A DNA stretch of 34,205 nucleotides from Christensenellaceae bacterium (GCA_031255215.1 JAIRSY010000040.1:1-34205); one strand, 5' to 3'; positions 1-9,189 are shown, numbered from the stretch's first letter. Notes: a model not told the origin generated them from the letters alone. Made by a program: numbers and translations.

Positions 1-190
1 TAAACGCTTTGCGTAATATATTGCTGCACTCGACTTCGTTCGCTTACGCTCACCCTAATTTTGCTTACGCAAAATAGATAACTTCGTCGCTTACGCTCCT
101 TGTTATTGTCTCGCTTCGCAAAAGATTTTCGTTCACTCCGCTTTCGCTCCGTTCTCTCACTACCGTTTCCGCTTACGCTTCAACGGGACT
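1..190. repeat. Non-coding, pyrimidine-rich (+ strand) segment with a GCTTACGC word cluster and one diverged copy of the dispersed hairpin repeat
   Basis: No credible ORF. GCTTACGC at 42-49, 63-70, 89-96 and 171-178; variants GCTTCGC at 113-119 and GCTTTCGC at 140-147. Hairpin motif CCCTAATTTTG-CTTACG-CAAAATAGATAA at 53-81. Roughly 25-125 aligns by eye with the 108-bp unit at 7373-7732. Confidence 0.6.
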
Positions 191-199
191 TAATAAGGA

Positions 200-916
200 T
201 TATTTGTTTGAACGATGTAAATTGGAACGAATAAGGCTTGAAATAATAAAAACAAAATGACATATAGTAAATAATAATACCGCCAAACATAAATATGATA
301 TTAAATAAATGTAATAACCATTATCAAGATTAAGGAGCGGAAGTCCGGTCATCGGCGGATGCATTACATATAAAAAATTCGTCCCAAACATCCCATTTAC
401 CCAAAATCCTACGACAATAAGGATTGCGGCCAAAAACGCCAAATTCCTAAAATATACACGAGTTGTAATCTTAACACGTTTTGTGAGCAGAAGATATACC
501 GCAAAAAACATCAGCATACTATGAAAAATAAATGAAGTCCACACCTCCGGGTTGGTTAAATCCGTTCCAATGGTTGGAAGCAATAACGCCATTGCCGCCC
601 CGATTATAATGGTTGGGACCATTAAACAAAACATTATTTCTCTTCTTCTATCGTTTTTCGTTAAATAACAAAACCATAGGGCGAAGATTTGCATTGAACA
701 CAAATGAAACGGAAGAGCCCATACGGAGAACCTTGCACCGTAATCGTCAATACTTAAATTATTTAATATTTTCGTCGTTTCACATAGAATAGTAATAAAG
801 CAGCAAACAAGCAAAACCCATTTCAAATTCCAATTCATTTTCTTTGCCAACAAAGAAGCCAGCACTATCGCAGCACCGCAAATTCCCAACAGAATAAAAT
901 GATTATTTGAAAACAT
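200..916 (-). CDS. Polytopic integral membrane protein, YwaF/TIGR02206-like
   Basis: 238-aa ORF made almost entirely of hydrophobic helices. ALPFHLCSMQIF motif (P-x-HLC) is typical of that family. A paralogue at 24767-25324 has FPFHLCNVMAF. Confidence 0.5.
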   Translation of the reverse strand: MFSNNHFILLGICGAAIVLASLLAKKMNWNLKWVLLVCCFITILCETTKILNNLSIDDYGARFSVWALPFHLCSMQIFALWFCYLTKNDRRREIMFCLMVPTIIIGAAMALLLPTIGTDLTNPEVWTSFIFHSMLMFFAVYLLLTKRVKITTRVYFRNLAFLAAILIVVGFWVNGMFGTNFLYVMHPPMTGLPLLNLDNGYYIYLISYLCLAVLLFTICHFVFIISSLIRSNLHRSNK

Positions 917-979
917 ATATCTTTTATACCCTTTTTATTATTTGCCAAACAACTTTATATAAATTATAATTATTATCAT

Positions 980-2761
980 ATGAAGAATTTCTTGATAAAA
1001 TACTTAAAAGAACTAAAAAGCGTCATGCTCTCGTCTTTGCCGATTATTTTTATCATATTTGCAATTCATATTTATAAACCCATGCCCGACGATTTGTTTT
1101 TTCCTTTCCTAATTTCTATTTTTATTTTAATTTTTGGACAGGCTCTTTTTCTTGTTGGAATAAATGGTTCAATCATTGCCATGGGGGAATTTGTAGGAAG
1201 TAACATTAACAAATTAAAGAAACTGTTCTTTATATTACTTTTCGGTTTTATATTTGGAACCTTGGCGACAATCGCCGAACCATCCGTAAGTATCATCACC
1301 AAACAGGTCGAAAACGCAACGGGGGCGGCAAGCATCCTCACGACCTTTGTCGTATCATCCGGGGTCGGCATTTTTGTTGCCTATGCCCTGCTTCGTATTT
1401 TTTTAGAATTACCGCTTCGGTTGTCTTTTTTGATTTGCTATGGCATCGTTTTCACATTGCTTTTCTTTTCCCCACCGGAATTCAGGGCAATCACACTTGA
1501 TTTTTCGGGGGCGACAACCGGTGCGGTCACCGTCCCTTTCGTTTTATCAATAGGTATTGGTGTATCATCAATATTAAATAAATCAAACAACGATAATTCT
1601 TACGGTTTGATAGGTCTTGCATCCATCGGTCCGATTATAACGATGTCCATTATGGCCATCATTTTTGGAAAGCCGACAAGCGACTTGCAATTATCGCATG
1701 AGACCGTAGAATTCTTGCCGATTCTTGGTAATGCTTTCACGGGTATTTTAATAGCACTTTCCCCGATTGCCGGTATCTTCTTGATTTTTAATTTCTTTTT
1801 TATACACTTGCCGAGAAGTAAAATCTTCCAAATTTTACTCGGAACAATCCTTACCATGGTCGGTATCGGTCTTTTTATTACGGCGGTTGATTTTGGTTTT
1901 GCGGAAGCGGCAAGGTATTTGGGTGAAACGATACCGCCGCCCATCCTTATCCCTTTTGGACTTCTTCTTGGTTTTGCGTTAGGTTTTTGTGAACCCGACA
2001 TCAAGGTATTGGGAAATCAAATTGAAAAAAACACAAACGGAAAAATAAAATCAAATGCCCTTGTATGGACCCTCGCCATAGGTTTGGCATTTGCCGTCGG
2101 ATTGGCAATGCTGCGTTTGGTTTACAAGTTAGACATTTTGTTTATCGTTCTCCCTGTATTCATCATTGCACTTGCCGTCACCCCGTTTATCCCTAAACTA
2201 TTTGTCGGCATTGCTTTTGATTCCGGAGGAGTTGTTTCCGGAACCATTACGGGTGCGTTCGTTGTTCCGTTCGCCGCCGGGGTGTGTATGAATATAGACA
2301 TAAAGGATAACATTACATTCGGTTTCGGGATAATCGCCCTCATCGCAACCGTCCCCATTATTGCAATTTCAATTCTCGGTCTTATTTATCAAACTAAATT
2401 GAACGTCCAAAAGGAACTCATCACTTCGACTTCTTGGCGTCAGGGCGAATTCTACCCCTATCAATCCGTGAACTTCTTGGGCATTGTCTGTAAACAATCC
2501 GTAGGTCAACACATTACCGACATGTTGGCACAAAATAATGTCTTCATTATTACACAAACAAATGCCCACGGATTAAGCAGAAGCCTGCTTCCTACAAGTA
2601 TGTTTAATTTTACCCAGGAATCTCAAACTTTTTTACTTGCTATCGTTGACAGAACAAAAGCTAAACAAATAATTCAAACCTTGGAGGTCGAATTTGAATT
2701 TAACCGCCCCAATTCCGGTATCGCTTTTTCCGGCTATATAGGAAATATTTTGGGAGCATAA
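980..2761 (+). CDS. Fused membrane transporter-like protein: two DUF1538-like halves plus a C-terminal P-II-like soluble domain
   Basis: 593-aa ORF with two tandem polytopic hydrophobic halves. The last ~100 aa are soluble (FLGIVCKQSVGQHITDMLAQNNVFIITQTNAHG...LLAIVDRTKAKQII) and resemble the downstream P-II-like ORF. Confidence 0.5.
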   Translation: MKNFLIKYLKELKSVMLSSLPIIFIIFAIHIYKPMPDDLFFPFLISIFILIFGQALFLVGINGSIIAMGEFVGSNINKLKKLFFILLFGFIFGTLATIAEPSVSIITKQVENATGAASILTTFVVSSGVGIFVAYALLRIFLELPLRLSFLICYGIVFTLLFFSPPEFRAITLDFSGATTGAVTVPFVLSIGIGVSSILNKSNNDNSYGLIGLASIGPIITMSIMAIIFGKPTSDLQLSHETVEFLPILGNAFTGILIALSPIAGIFLIFNFFFIHLPRSKIFQILLGTILTMVGIGLFITAVDFGFAEAARYLGETIPPPILIPFGLLLGFALGFCEPDIKVLGNQIEKNTNGKIKSNALVWTLAIGLAFAVGLAMLRLVYKLDILFIVLPVFIIALAVTPFIPKLFVGIAFDSGGVVSGTITGAFVVPFAAGVCMNIDIKDNITFGFGIIALIATVPIIAISILGLIYQTKLNVQKELITSTSWRQGEFYPYQSVNFLGIVCKQSVGQHITDMLAQNNVFIITQTNAHGLSRSLLPTSMFNFTQESQTFLLAIVDRTKAKQIIQTLEVEFEFNRPNSGIAFSGYIGNILGA

Positions 2762-2774
2762 AGGAGGAAAGAAC

Positions 2775-3131
2775 ATGGAAAATAAAGTAATTACAAAAAA
2801 CTCAAACAAGAAAACGGTTAAAAGTGAAAAAAAACAGGTTCTGCTTGTCATAATAGTCCATAAAGGTTTTGAAAACGAAGTGATAAAAATCGCAAACGAA
2901 AACGGACATACCGGTGCAACAATCATCAATTCCCGTTCCGCAAATGCAAACGGCACCTCCTTTATGGGTATGGAAGTAAGCGAAGAACAGGAATTGCTCC
3001 TCATCGTATCACCGGAAGACAACGCACTTATAACTTGCAATCAAATTGCACAAAAGTTTGGAATCAATACGGACGCAAAAGGCGTATGCTTTACAATTCC
3101 GTTGGAAACGGTCTCACAAAAACAAACTTGA
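2775..3131 (+). CDS. Small P-II-like (GlnB-fold) regulatory protein
   Basis: 118 aa with an AAGGAGG SD upstream of the ATG. VLLVIIVHKGFENEVIKIANENGHTGATIINSRSA...ELLLIVSPED shows the beta-alpha-beta pattern of P-II-like proteins that accompany DUF1538 genes. Confidence 0.55.
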   Translation: MENKVITKNSNKKTVKSEKKQVLLVIIVHKGFENEVIKIANENGHTGATIINSRSANANGTSFMGMEVSEEQELLLIVSPEDNALITCNQIAQKFGINTDAKGVCFTIPLETVSQKQT

Positions 3132-3137
3132 ATCTTG

Positions 3138-4430
3138 TTAAACCGCAATCTTTTTGTTCACGTTCTCTTGCTTTCTATCCGTTTTCACGTGCGAAATCTT
3201 CGCCTTCGCTACCTTCGAAATTACTTCCGCATTGATTGTAATCTTATTTATCTTCATTGATTCCGTTGCGTTCTTCTCCGTCGGTATATCATACATGAGG
3301 TCAAGCATCGCATCTTCTAAAATCGTTCGAAGCCCGCGTGCACCCATCTTTAACTCTATCGCCATCTCCGCCACCTTCGCAACCGCATCATTTGTAATTT
3401 CAAGTTTAATATCGTCAATCGAAAACATCTTCTTGAATTGTTTTACAAGTGCATTCTTCGGCTCCGTTAAAATTTTAATGAGTGCGTGTTTATCAAGCGA
3501 ATGTAAACCGACAACAATCGGGATACGCCCCACAAATTCCGGAATAAGCCCGAACTTGACAAGGTCAACGGGAGAAACTTTATTTGCGTATTTCATATCG
3601 GCGTTATCATCTATATTGTTTTTAAGTACTGCCCCGAACCCTAAACTTCCTCCGCTTATCCTTGACGCTACAATCTTGTCTAATCCGACAAATGCCCCGC
3701 CTACAATGAAAAGAATGTTCGACGTGTCCATTTGAATACATTCTTGATGCGGATGTTTCCTTCCGCCTTGGGGAGGCACATTCGCGACCGTCCCCTCAAT
3801 TATTTTAAGAAGCCCCTGCTGCACCCCTTCCCCGCTTACGTCCCTCGTAATGCTCCTGTTCTCTCCCTTCCTTGCAATCTTATCAATCTCGTCTATATAA
3901 ACTATTCCTCTTTGTGCCTTCTTCACATCAAAATTTGCATTCTGCAAAAGTTTCAGCAAAATGTTCTCCACATCTTCACCAACATATCCCGCCTCCGTCA
4001 ATGTCGTCGCATCCGCAACCGCAAAAGGAACATCTAAAATTTTAGCAAGAGTTTTCGCCATAAGCGTCTTGCCGCTCCCCGTAGGCCCTATCATTAAAAT
4101 GTTCGATTTCTCTAACTCTACATCTATACTGTTTTTGTCCTGCGTTTGGTTGAAATTAACCCTCTTATAATGATTGTAAACCGCAACGGATAAAACTTTC
4201 TTCGCCCTATCCTGCCCAATTATATATTCATCAAGTTTCTGCCTGATTTCAACAGGCGGCAATAACGCAAGAAAATCCTTCGATGTGTCTTTCCGCCCGC
4301 TCAACTTTACCGCATCTATCGCGTCATTTACACAATTATCACAAATAAATGCGTTGCCGGACGGACTGCTTATAAGCATCTTTACTTCCCTGCTGTTTCG
4401 GCCGCAAAAACTGCAAAATTTATTCAACAT
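3138..4430 (-). CDS. clpX: ATP-dependent Clp protease ATP-binding subunit ClpX
   Basis: N-terminal zinc ribbon CSFCGR...CDNC, Walker [34 protein letters not shown], and position downstream of clpP. Confidence 0.95.
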   Translation of the reverse strand: MLNKFCSFCGRNSREVKMLISSPSGNAFICDNCVNDAIDAVKLSGRKDTSKDFLALLPPVEIRQKLDEYIIGQDRAKKVLSVAVYNHYKRVNFNQTQDKNSIDVELEKSNILMIGPTGSGKTLMAKTLAKILDVPFAVADATTLTEAGYVGEDVENILLKLLQNANFDVKKAQRGIVYIDEIDKIARKGENRSITRDVSGEGVQQGLLKIIEGTVANVPPQGGRKHPHQECIQMDTSNILFIVGGAFVGLDKIVASRISGGSLGFGAVLKNNIDDNADMKYANKVSPVDLVKFGLIPEFVGRIPIVVGLHSLDKHALIKILTEPKNALVKQFKKMFSIDDIKLEITNDAVAKVAEMAIELKMGARGLRTILEDAMLDLMYDIPTEKNATESMKINKITINAEVISKVAKAKISHVKTDRKQENVNKKIAV

Positions 4431-4447
4431 TATATCATTATACCCCT

Positions 4448-5029
4448 TTAACTTCTTTTTGTAAAGACCTTATCAATTAACCCATATTCCTTCGATTCCT
4501 CTGCACTCATGTAATGGTCCCTCTCACAATCCTCTTTCACTCTCTCAATCGACTGCCCCGCATTCTCCGCAAGAATCTTGGTAAGCAGCCTCTTCGTCCT
4601 CTGTATATGCTCCGCATGTATCTGTATGTCCGTCGCCTGACCTTGAAACCCGCCCAACGGTTGATGTATCATAATTTCACTGTTCGCCAAAGCATACCGT
4701 TTCCCCTTCGTTCCGCTTGAAAGTAAAAATGCCCCCATAGAAGCCGCAAGCCCGACGCAAATCGTCGACACGTCACACTTTATGTAATTCATAGTGTCAT
4801 AGATTGCAAGCCCGTCGCTCACACTTCCGCCCGGTGAATTGATGTAAAGTGAAATGTCTTTCTTTGGGTCCTTCGCCTCCAAATATATAAGTTGTGCAAT
4901 TATTAAGTTCGCACTTTGGCTGTTCACTTCTCCATTCAAAAATACAACCCTGTCCTCCAATAAACGCGAAAAAATATCGTAACTTCTTTCCCCATTGCCC
5001 GTTTGGTCAACCACCATTGGTACTAACAT
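4448..5029 (-). CDS. clpP: ATP-dependent Clp protease proteolytic subunit ClpP
   Basis: 193 aa with [22 protein letters not shown] (active-site Ser) and MIHQPLGG (His). Sits in the tig-clpP-clpX order. Confidence 0.95.
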   Translation of the reverse strand: MLVPMVVDQTGNGERSYDIFSRLLEDRVVFLNGEVNSQSANLIIAQLIYLEAKDPKKDISLYINSPGGSVSDGLAIYDTMNYIKCDVSTICVGLAASMGAFLLSSGTKGKRYALANSEIMIHQPLGGFQGQATDIQIHAEHIQRTKRLLTKILAENAGQSIERVKEDCERDHYMSAEESKEYGLIDKVFTKRS

Positions 5030-5031
5030 TA

Positions 5032-6147
5032 TTATTTCCCCTCCTTTTTCTTCTTATCAACTATCTTATTATTATCCATAACAAACGCCACAATTTCACT
5101 ATTTTTAAGATTTTCCGCTTGCTTTATGGCATTCATCACAAGTCTTAACTTTACATTCCGCTTCGCAACATCCTCATACCGTTTTTTTAATCCATTTATA
5201 AACTCTGTATCACTTGATGCCGATATATAGTCCTTTAACATGTAATTCAATTCCGCATCAATCATCTTGTCCGGAATTTCCACCTCCGCATTGTCCATGA
5301 TTTCCTCATAAAGCCTGTCCTCCGCGTCTCTCTCCTCTTCTTTCTTTGCATCCTCCGTAAGTTTTTTCTTTATGTCATCTTTATAATCGTGCAAGTTGTC
5401 GAACGGACTTACCTCTTTCGCAAACTCGTCATCTATCTTCGGCAAATCCTTTATAAATATGCTCTTCACCTCTACTTCAAAACTTGCCGGTTTGCCCGCA
5501 TAATCTTTCATATGATAATCCTTTGGAAAATGAACATCTACTTCTTTTTTGTCCCCCGCCTTCAATCCCAACAACTGCTCCTCAAAATTGTCTATGAATG
5601 TGTGCGACCCAATAATAATCTCATAATTGTCCGCACTTCCGCCTTCAAAATATTCCCCGTCTATCTTTCCCTTGAAGTCTATGACCGCGATGTTGCCCTC
5701 CGCAATCTTATGCCCACCGTCCGCCGCCTTCTGCTTCGCCCTCGATTCCGCTATCTTTTTAAGATACTTCTCTACATCTTTATCCCCTACCGACAAGGTC
5801 TTCTTTTCAATTTCAAGCCCCTTATACGCACCCAACTTGACCTCCGGCTCCAATTCATAATGAACCGTCACTTGAACACCATCTTCCTGCATGGCATAGG
5901 TCAACCTTGGATAATCAAGAAGGTTTCTCTTCACTTCATCCTTCAAATACTTCTCAAATGCATTCAAATATAATTCCTGAATGGCCTCCTCCATGAAGAT
6001 ATCTCCGTAATTCTGCTCAATAAGCCTTTTCGGGGCCTTCCCCGGTCGAAACCCCTGCACGCTATATTTACCGCCAATCTTCTTATACGCAATTTGTTTC
6101 GCATCATCAAGTTCCGCCTGCGTGAAACTAAAATCCTTTTTTTCCAT
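5032..6147 (-). CDS. tig: Trigger factor (short form, 371 aa)
   Basis: [14 protein letters not shown] ribosome-binding signature, a central FKBP-like segment, and position upstream of clpP. I place the start at the ATG at 6147 (GGGAG SD 8 nt upstream) rather than the ORF-track start at 6192. Confidence 0.85.
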   Translation of the reverse strand: MEKKDFSFTQAELDDAKQIAYKKIGGKYSVQGFRPGKAPKRLIEQNYGDIFMEEAIQELYLNAFEKYLKDEVKRNLLDYPRLTYAMQEDGVQVTVHYELEPEVKLGAYKGLEIEKKTLSVGDKDVEKYLKKIAESRAKQKAADGGHKIAEGNIAVIDFKGKIDGEYFEGGSADNYEIIIGSHTFIDNFEEQLLGLKAGDKKEVDVHFPKDYHMKDYAGKPASFEVEVKSIFIKDLPKIDDEFAKEVSPFDNLHDYKDDIKKKLTEDAKKEEERDAEDRLYEEIMDNAEVEIPDKMIDAELNYMLKDYISASSDTEFINGLKKRYEDVAKRNVKLRLVMNAIKQAENLKNSEIVAFVMDNNKIVDKKKKEGK

Positions 6148-6341
6148 GATTTCCACTCCCTTTTTATCGCCCTTTTCACAAACTATGTGCAAAAAATGCC
6201 CTTAACTATCTTCGATTTTTTCAAGATGCCCCCGCCTACTCGTCTCTCCATCATCTTTAACTTCGTTGAGATAATTTCACTGCCTACAACTATAACATAC
6301 TTCAAGGTCTTTGACAATCGCAAATTTCTTTCCAAATTTTG

Positions 6342-6367
6342 ACCCTAATTTTGCCGTGCAAAATAGA
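6342..6367. repeat. Solo copy of the hairpin repeat core (CCCTAATTTTG-CCGTG-CAAAATAGAT)
   Basis: Same flanks and same ATTTTG/CAAAAT stem as the copies at 53-81, 7428-7454, 7535-7561 and 7643-7669, with a different loop. Confidence 0.6.
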
Positions 6368-6414
6368 TGTCTCACCTACGGTTCATCATAACAAAAATTG
6401 GTTATAATAAAGAA

Positions 6415-7401
6415 ATGTTCTTGCTTTTTAATAATAAACCTCAAATTGTCGATTGGTATTCAATCGTCGGAAAAAAGGAAGGTCAGGGACCCCTCGGCAA
6501 ATATTTTAATAAAATTGAAGAAGATGAATACATGTCCGGTTCGTCACACGAATTCGCCGAACGTAAAATGTTTGAATCGGCAATAAAAGGTGTTCTTAAA
6601 ACTGCAAAGTCCGCAGACGCCGTCTTCGCCGGGGACCTGCTTAATCAAATCGTTTCTTCATCTTTTGCAATGCGAGAAATAGCCCTGCCTTTTGTCGGTA
6701 TATACGGAGCCTGCTCCTCAATGGCACTCACCTTGATAATGGCTTCAATGTTTGTCGACGGCGGTTACGGGGATTCCGCCGTCGCCTGCGTAGGCTCCCA
6801 TTTTGCAACCGCAGAACGCCAATACCGGACCCCGCTTGAATTTGGCAATCAACGAACCCCAACCGCACAATGGACGGTCACGGGAGCCGGTGCCGCCTTA
6901 ATCAAATCACGCCACAATCGGTCATCAAGCGGAAAAACCGCCAAAAATATCTTCATAAAATCGGCGACCATAGGCTCCGTCATCGACCTTGGCATAAAAG
7001 ACGTCAACAATATGGGGGCGGCAATGGCACCCGCCGCAATCCAAACAATAAAGGAACATTTGAAAAAATCTAATGCGAAAAAAAATGATTATGACGCAAT
7101 CTTTACCGGCGATTTAGGCCTGCTTGGAGAAGAAATTCTACGCGACAAATTGAAACTTACAACAAACTATTACGACTGCGGACATTTAATTTATGACGAT
7201 AATCAAGATTCACACATGGGCGGCTCCGGTTGCGGCTGCTCCGCAACCGTCCTTAACGGTTTCATCCTTAATAAACTACAATCAGGTGAATATAAAAAAA
7301 TTCTCTTCATCGCAACCGGTGCCCTCCTATCCCCTACGACTTCCTTTCAAGGTGAAACGATTCCTTGTATCGCTCACGCAGTGGAAATCCATGCAAGTTA
7401 A
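6415..7401 (+). CDS. spoVAD: Stage V sporulation protein AD (thiolase-fold SpoVAD)
   Basis: VGKKEGQGPLGKYF, GDLLNQ, GIYGACSS, SHFATAERQYRTPLEFGNQRTPTAQWTVTGAGAALI. I prefer the ATG at 6415 because the ORF-track ATG at 6367 lies inside the repeat. TATAAT at 6403-6408 sits 6 nt upstream of 6415. Confidence 0.8.
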   Translation: MFLLFNNKPQIVDWYSIVGKKEGQGPLGKYFNKIEEDEYMSGSSHEFAERKMFESAIKGVLKTAKSADAVFAGDLLNQIVSSSFAMREIALPFVGIYGACSSMALTLIMASMFVDGGYGDSAVACVGSHFATAERQYRTPLEFGNQRTPTAQWTVTGAGAALIKSRHNRSSSGKTAKNIFIKSATIGSVIDLGIKDVNNMGAAMAPAAIQTIKEHLKKSNAKKNDYDAIFTGDLGLLGEEILRDKLKLTTNYYDCGHLIYDDNQDSHMGGSGCGCSATVLNGFILNKLQSGEYKKILFIATGALLSPTTSFQGETIPCIAHAVEIHAS

Positions 7402-7732
7402 CCCCCAACCTTTATCCGCTGCGTTCGCCCTAATTTTGTAAACAAAATAGATAAGTTCGCAACTCCGTTCCTCCTTATCCCTCACGCAGTGGAAATCCAT
7501 GCAAGTTAACCCCAACCTTTATCCGCTGCGTTCGCCCTAATTTTGTAAACAAAATAGATAAGTCCGCAACTCCGTTCCTCCTTATTGCTCACGCAGTGGA
7601 AATCCATGCAAGTTAACCCCCAACCTTTATCCGCTGCGTTCGCCCTAATTTTGTAAACAAAATAGATAAGTCCGCAACTCCGTTCCTCCTTATCCCTCAC
7701 GCAGTGGAAATCCATGCAAGTTAACCCCCAAC
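7373..7732. repeat. Tandem repeat, 107-108-bp unit, 3 full copies plus a 37-nt partial copy
   Basis: Units start at 7373, 7481, 7588 and 7696 and are near-identical. The differences are C5 vs C4 run, AAGTTCGC vs AAGTCCGC, and TTATCC vs TTATTG. The first unit begins inside spoVAD and contains its last 9 codons and the stop. Confidence 0.95.
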
Positions 7733-7749
7733 TTATTACTTGTTACTTG

Positions 7750-9189
7750 TTACTTAAATAATGACCTTGCGTGTGCAACCGCGGTCTCGCCACCGCCCAA
7801 AATCCTCGCCACTTCGTTTACTCTCTCTTCCCTTTCTAACGGAATTACTTGCGTAACCGTCTTGTTCTCGGCAACCTGTTTTTCAATTAAAAAATGAGTC
7901 TCCGCCGCGGCGGCAATACTTGCCAAATGAGTCACCGCAATTATTTGAGTATTCTCCGCCAAAACCTTTAATTTCGCCGCAACACCGTTGCCAACAATTC
8001 CCGAAATACCCGTATCTATCTCATCAAAGATTATCGTCTTCCCTTTCCCTAAATTTGTAACCGTCTTTATACTTAATGCAACCCTGCTCATCTCTCCGCC
8101 GCTTATAATCTGCCGAAGCGGTTTGACGGGCTCTCCAACATTCGCGGAAAAATAAAACTCTAAATTATAATCATCAAACCTTGTTTCAAATTTGGCATTC
8201 GGCATTCCCAAATCACTTAAATGTTTTAATAATTCCGTTTCAAGTCTTCCGCTTGCCGATTTACGAAGTGAAAGAAGCCTCTCCTGCTCCGCCGCAATTA
8301 AATCATTTAACTCCTTGACCCTTTCCTTGGCATTCACTTGCCTCTCATATTCCTCTTTTAATTTTTCCAAGTCATAATCTCCGTATTTCTTCTTTATCTT
8401 CTTTATTGTTTCCATTCTTTCCTCTACCTTTTCAAAATCTCCTTCATCGAAGTCTAACTCGGTCAAGTAATCTCTTATGAAGTTTGCAATGTCGCCCGTT
8501 TCACATTCCGCCCCGCTTATGCGTTCGAATAACTCTGTATCCTTTGCATTCGTTACCGCCTTGCAAAGCAAATTGTCCGCCTCCATGACCAAGGATAAAA
8601 CGTTTTTCATGCGTCCCATGTTTCGCTCCGCTTTCCTCATGAAATCAAGTCTGTCCCTTAATTCTTCCTCCTCGTTATCCTTTATGTCCGCCGCCTCAAT
8701 CTCATCAATTTGAAATTTGATAAAGTCCAACTCCCTTTCGTCTATAACATAACCCCGAAGTTCCCGCTGCAACCCATTCAACACTTCATCGCTTATTCCG
8801 CCGAAACCGTCAACCAATTCTATATGATGTTTGACATCAAGTAATTTCTCCGTATCGTGCTGCCCATGTATATCAATCAAATTGGATACAAAGTTTTTTA
8901 ACTGCTTGACCGTTACAAGATCATCGTTGATTCGAATTTCATTCCGTCCGCCGCTATAAAGAGTCCGCACAATTATATCCTCATCAAATACCGCCGTTAC
9001 CTTTGCAAAATCGGAGCCGCTCCTTATTATGTTCGTCGATAATCTTTCACCAAAAATAAAATTAAGCGAACCGATGATAATGCTCTTCCCCGCCCCCGTT
9101 TCGCCCGTCAACACATTAAATCCACCCTTAAAATTTATTTCAACCGCCGGAATAAGGGCAACGTTTTGAATCCTAATCGTTGAAAGCAT
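7750..9189 (-). CDS. recN: DNA repair protein RecN (short, 479 aa)
   Basis: Walker A GETGAGKS, signature-like ISGGEMSRVAL, Walker B IIFDEIDTG, and a coiled-coil middle region. Confidence 0.9.
   Translation of the reverse strand: MLSTIRIQNVALIPAVEINFKGGFNVLTGETGAGKSIIIGSLNFIFGERLSTNIIRSGSDFAKVTAVFDEDIIVRTLYSGGRNEIRINDDLVTVKQLKNFVSNLIDIHGQHDTEKLLDVKHHIELVDGFGGISDEVLNGLQRELRGYVIDERELDFIKFQIDEIEAADIKDNEEEELRDRLDFMRKAERNMGRMKNVLSLVMEADNLLCKAVTNAKDTELFERISGAECETGDIANFIRDYLTELDFDEGDFEKVEERMETIKKIKKKYGDYDLEKLKEEYERQVNAKERVKELNDLIAAEQERLLSLRKSASGRLETELLKHLSDLGMPNAKFETRFDDYNLEFYFSANVGEPVKPLRQIISGGEMSRVALSIKTVTNLGKGKTIIFDEIDTGISGIVGNGVAAKLKVLAENTQIIAVTHLASIAAAAETHFLIEKQVAENKTVTQVIPLEREERVNEVARILGGGETAVAHARSLFK

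Noticed and set aside
3154-3735. Long antisense ORFs inside well-supported genes (for example 3154-3735, 1600-2004, 5389-5973, 12862-13287, 14784-15248, 24147-24554, 32513-32908).
   Set aside because: These are shadow ORFs opposite strongly conserved genes (clpX, the DUF1538 gene, tig, the surE fusion and others). They have no SD and a biased, low-complexity composition.
6337-6343. TTTGACC, the reverse complement of GGTCAAA (a CtsR heptad), upstream of tig-clpP-clpX.
   Set aside because: Only one heptad is present and there is no second direct repeat at the required 3-nt spacing. It lies about 190 nt from the tig start and is part of the repeat flank.
7327-7715. Two minus-strand ORFs (62 and 69 aa) reading through the tandem repeat, giving a repeated peptide MDFHCV..KEERSC.LIYFVYKIRANAADKGWGLTC.
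   Set aside because: The unit length of 108 nt is a multiple of three, so any frame open in one unit stays open through the array. The 107-nt unit breaks the frame. There is no SD and no promoter, and the sequence overlaps the spoVAD 3' end. It is most likely an artefact of the repeat.
7373-7732. Possible CRISPR array.
   Set aside because: The units are contiguous with no unique spacers between them. The unit is 107-108 bp rather than 24-48 bp, and no cas genes are nearby.
7725-7752. GTTACTT x3 micro-repeat near the recN stop, and a similar TTACTT-rich stretch at 20066-20090 near the GT4 stop.
   Set aside because: They are short and AT-rich and are partly just Lys (AAG) codons and stop codons read on the opposite strand. 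No longer similarity exists between the two sites.
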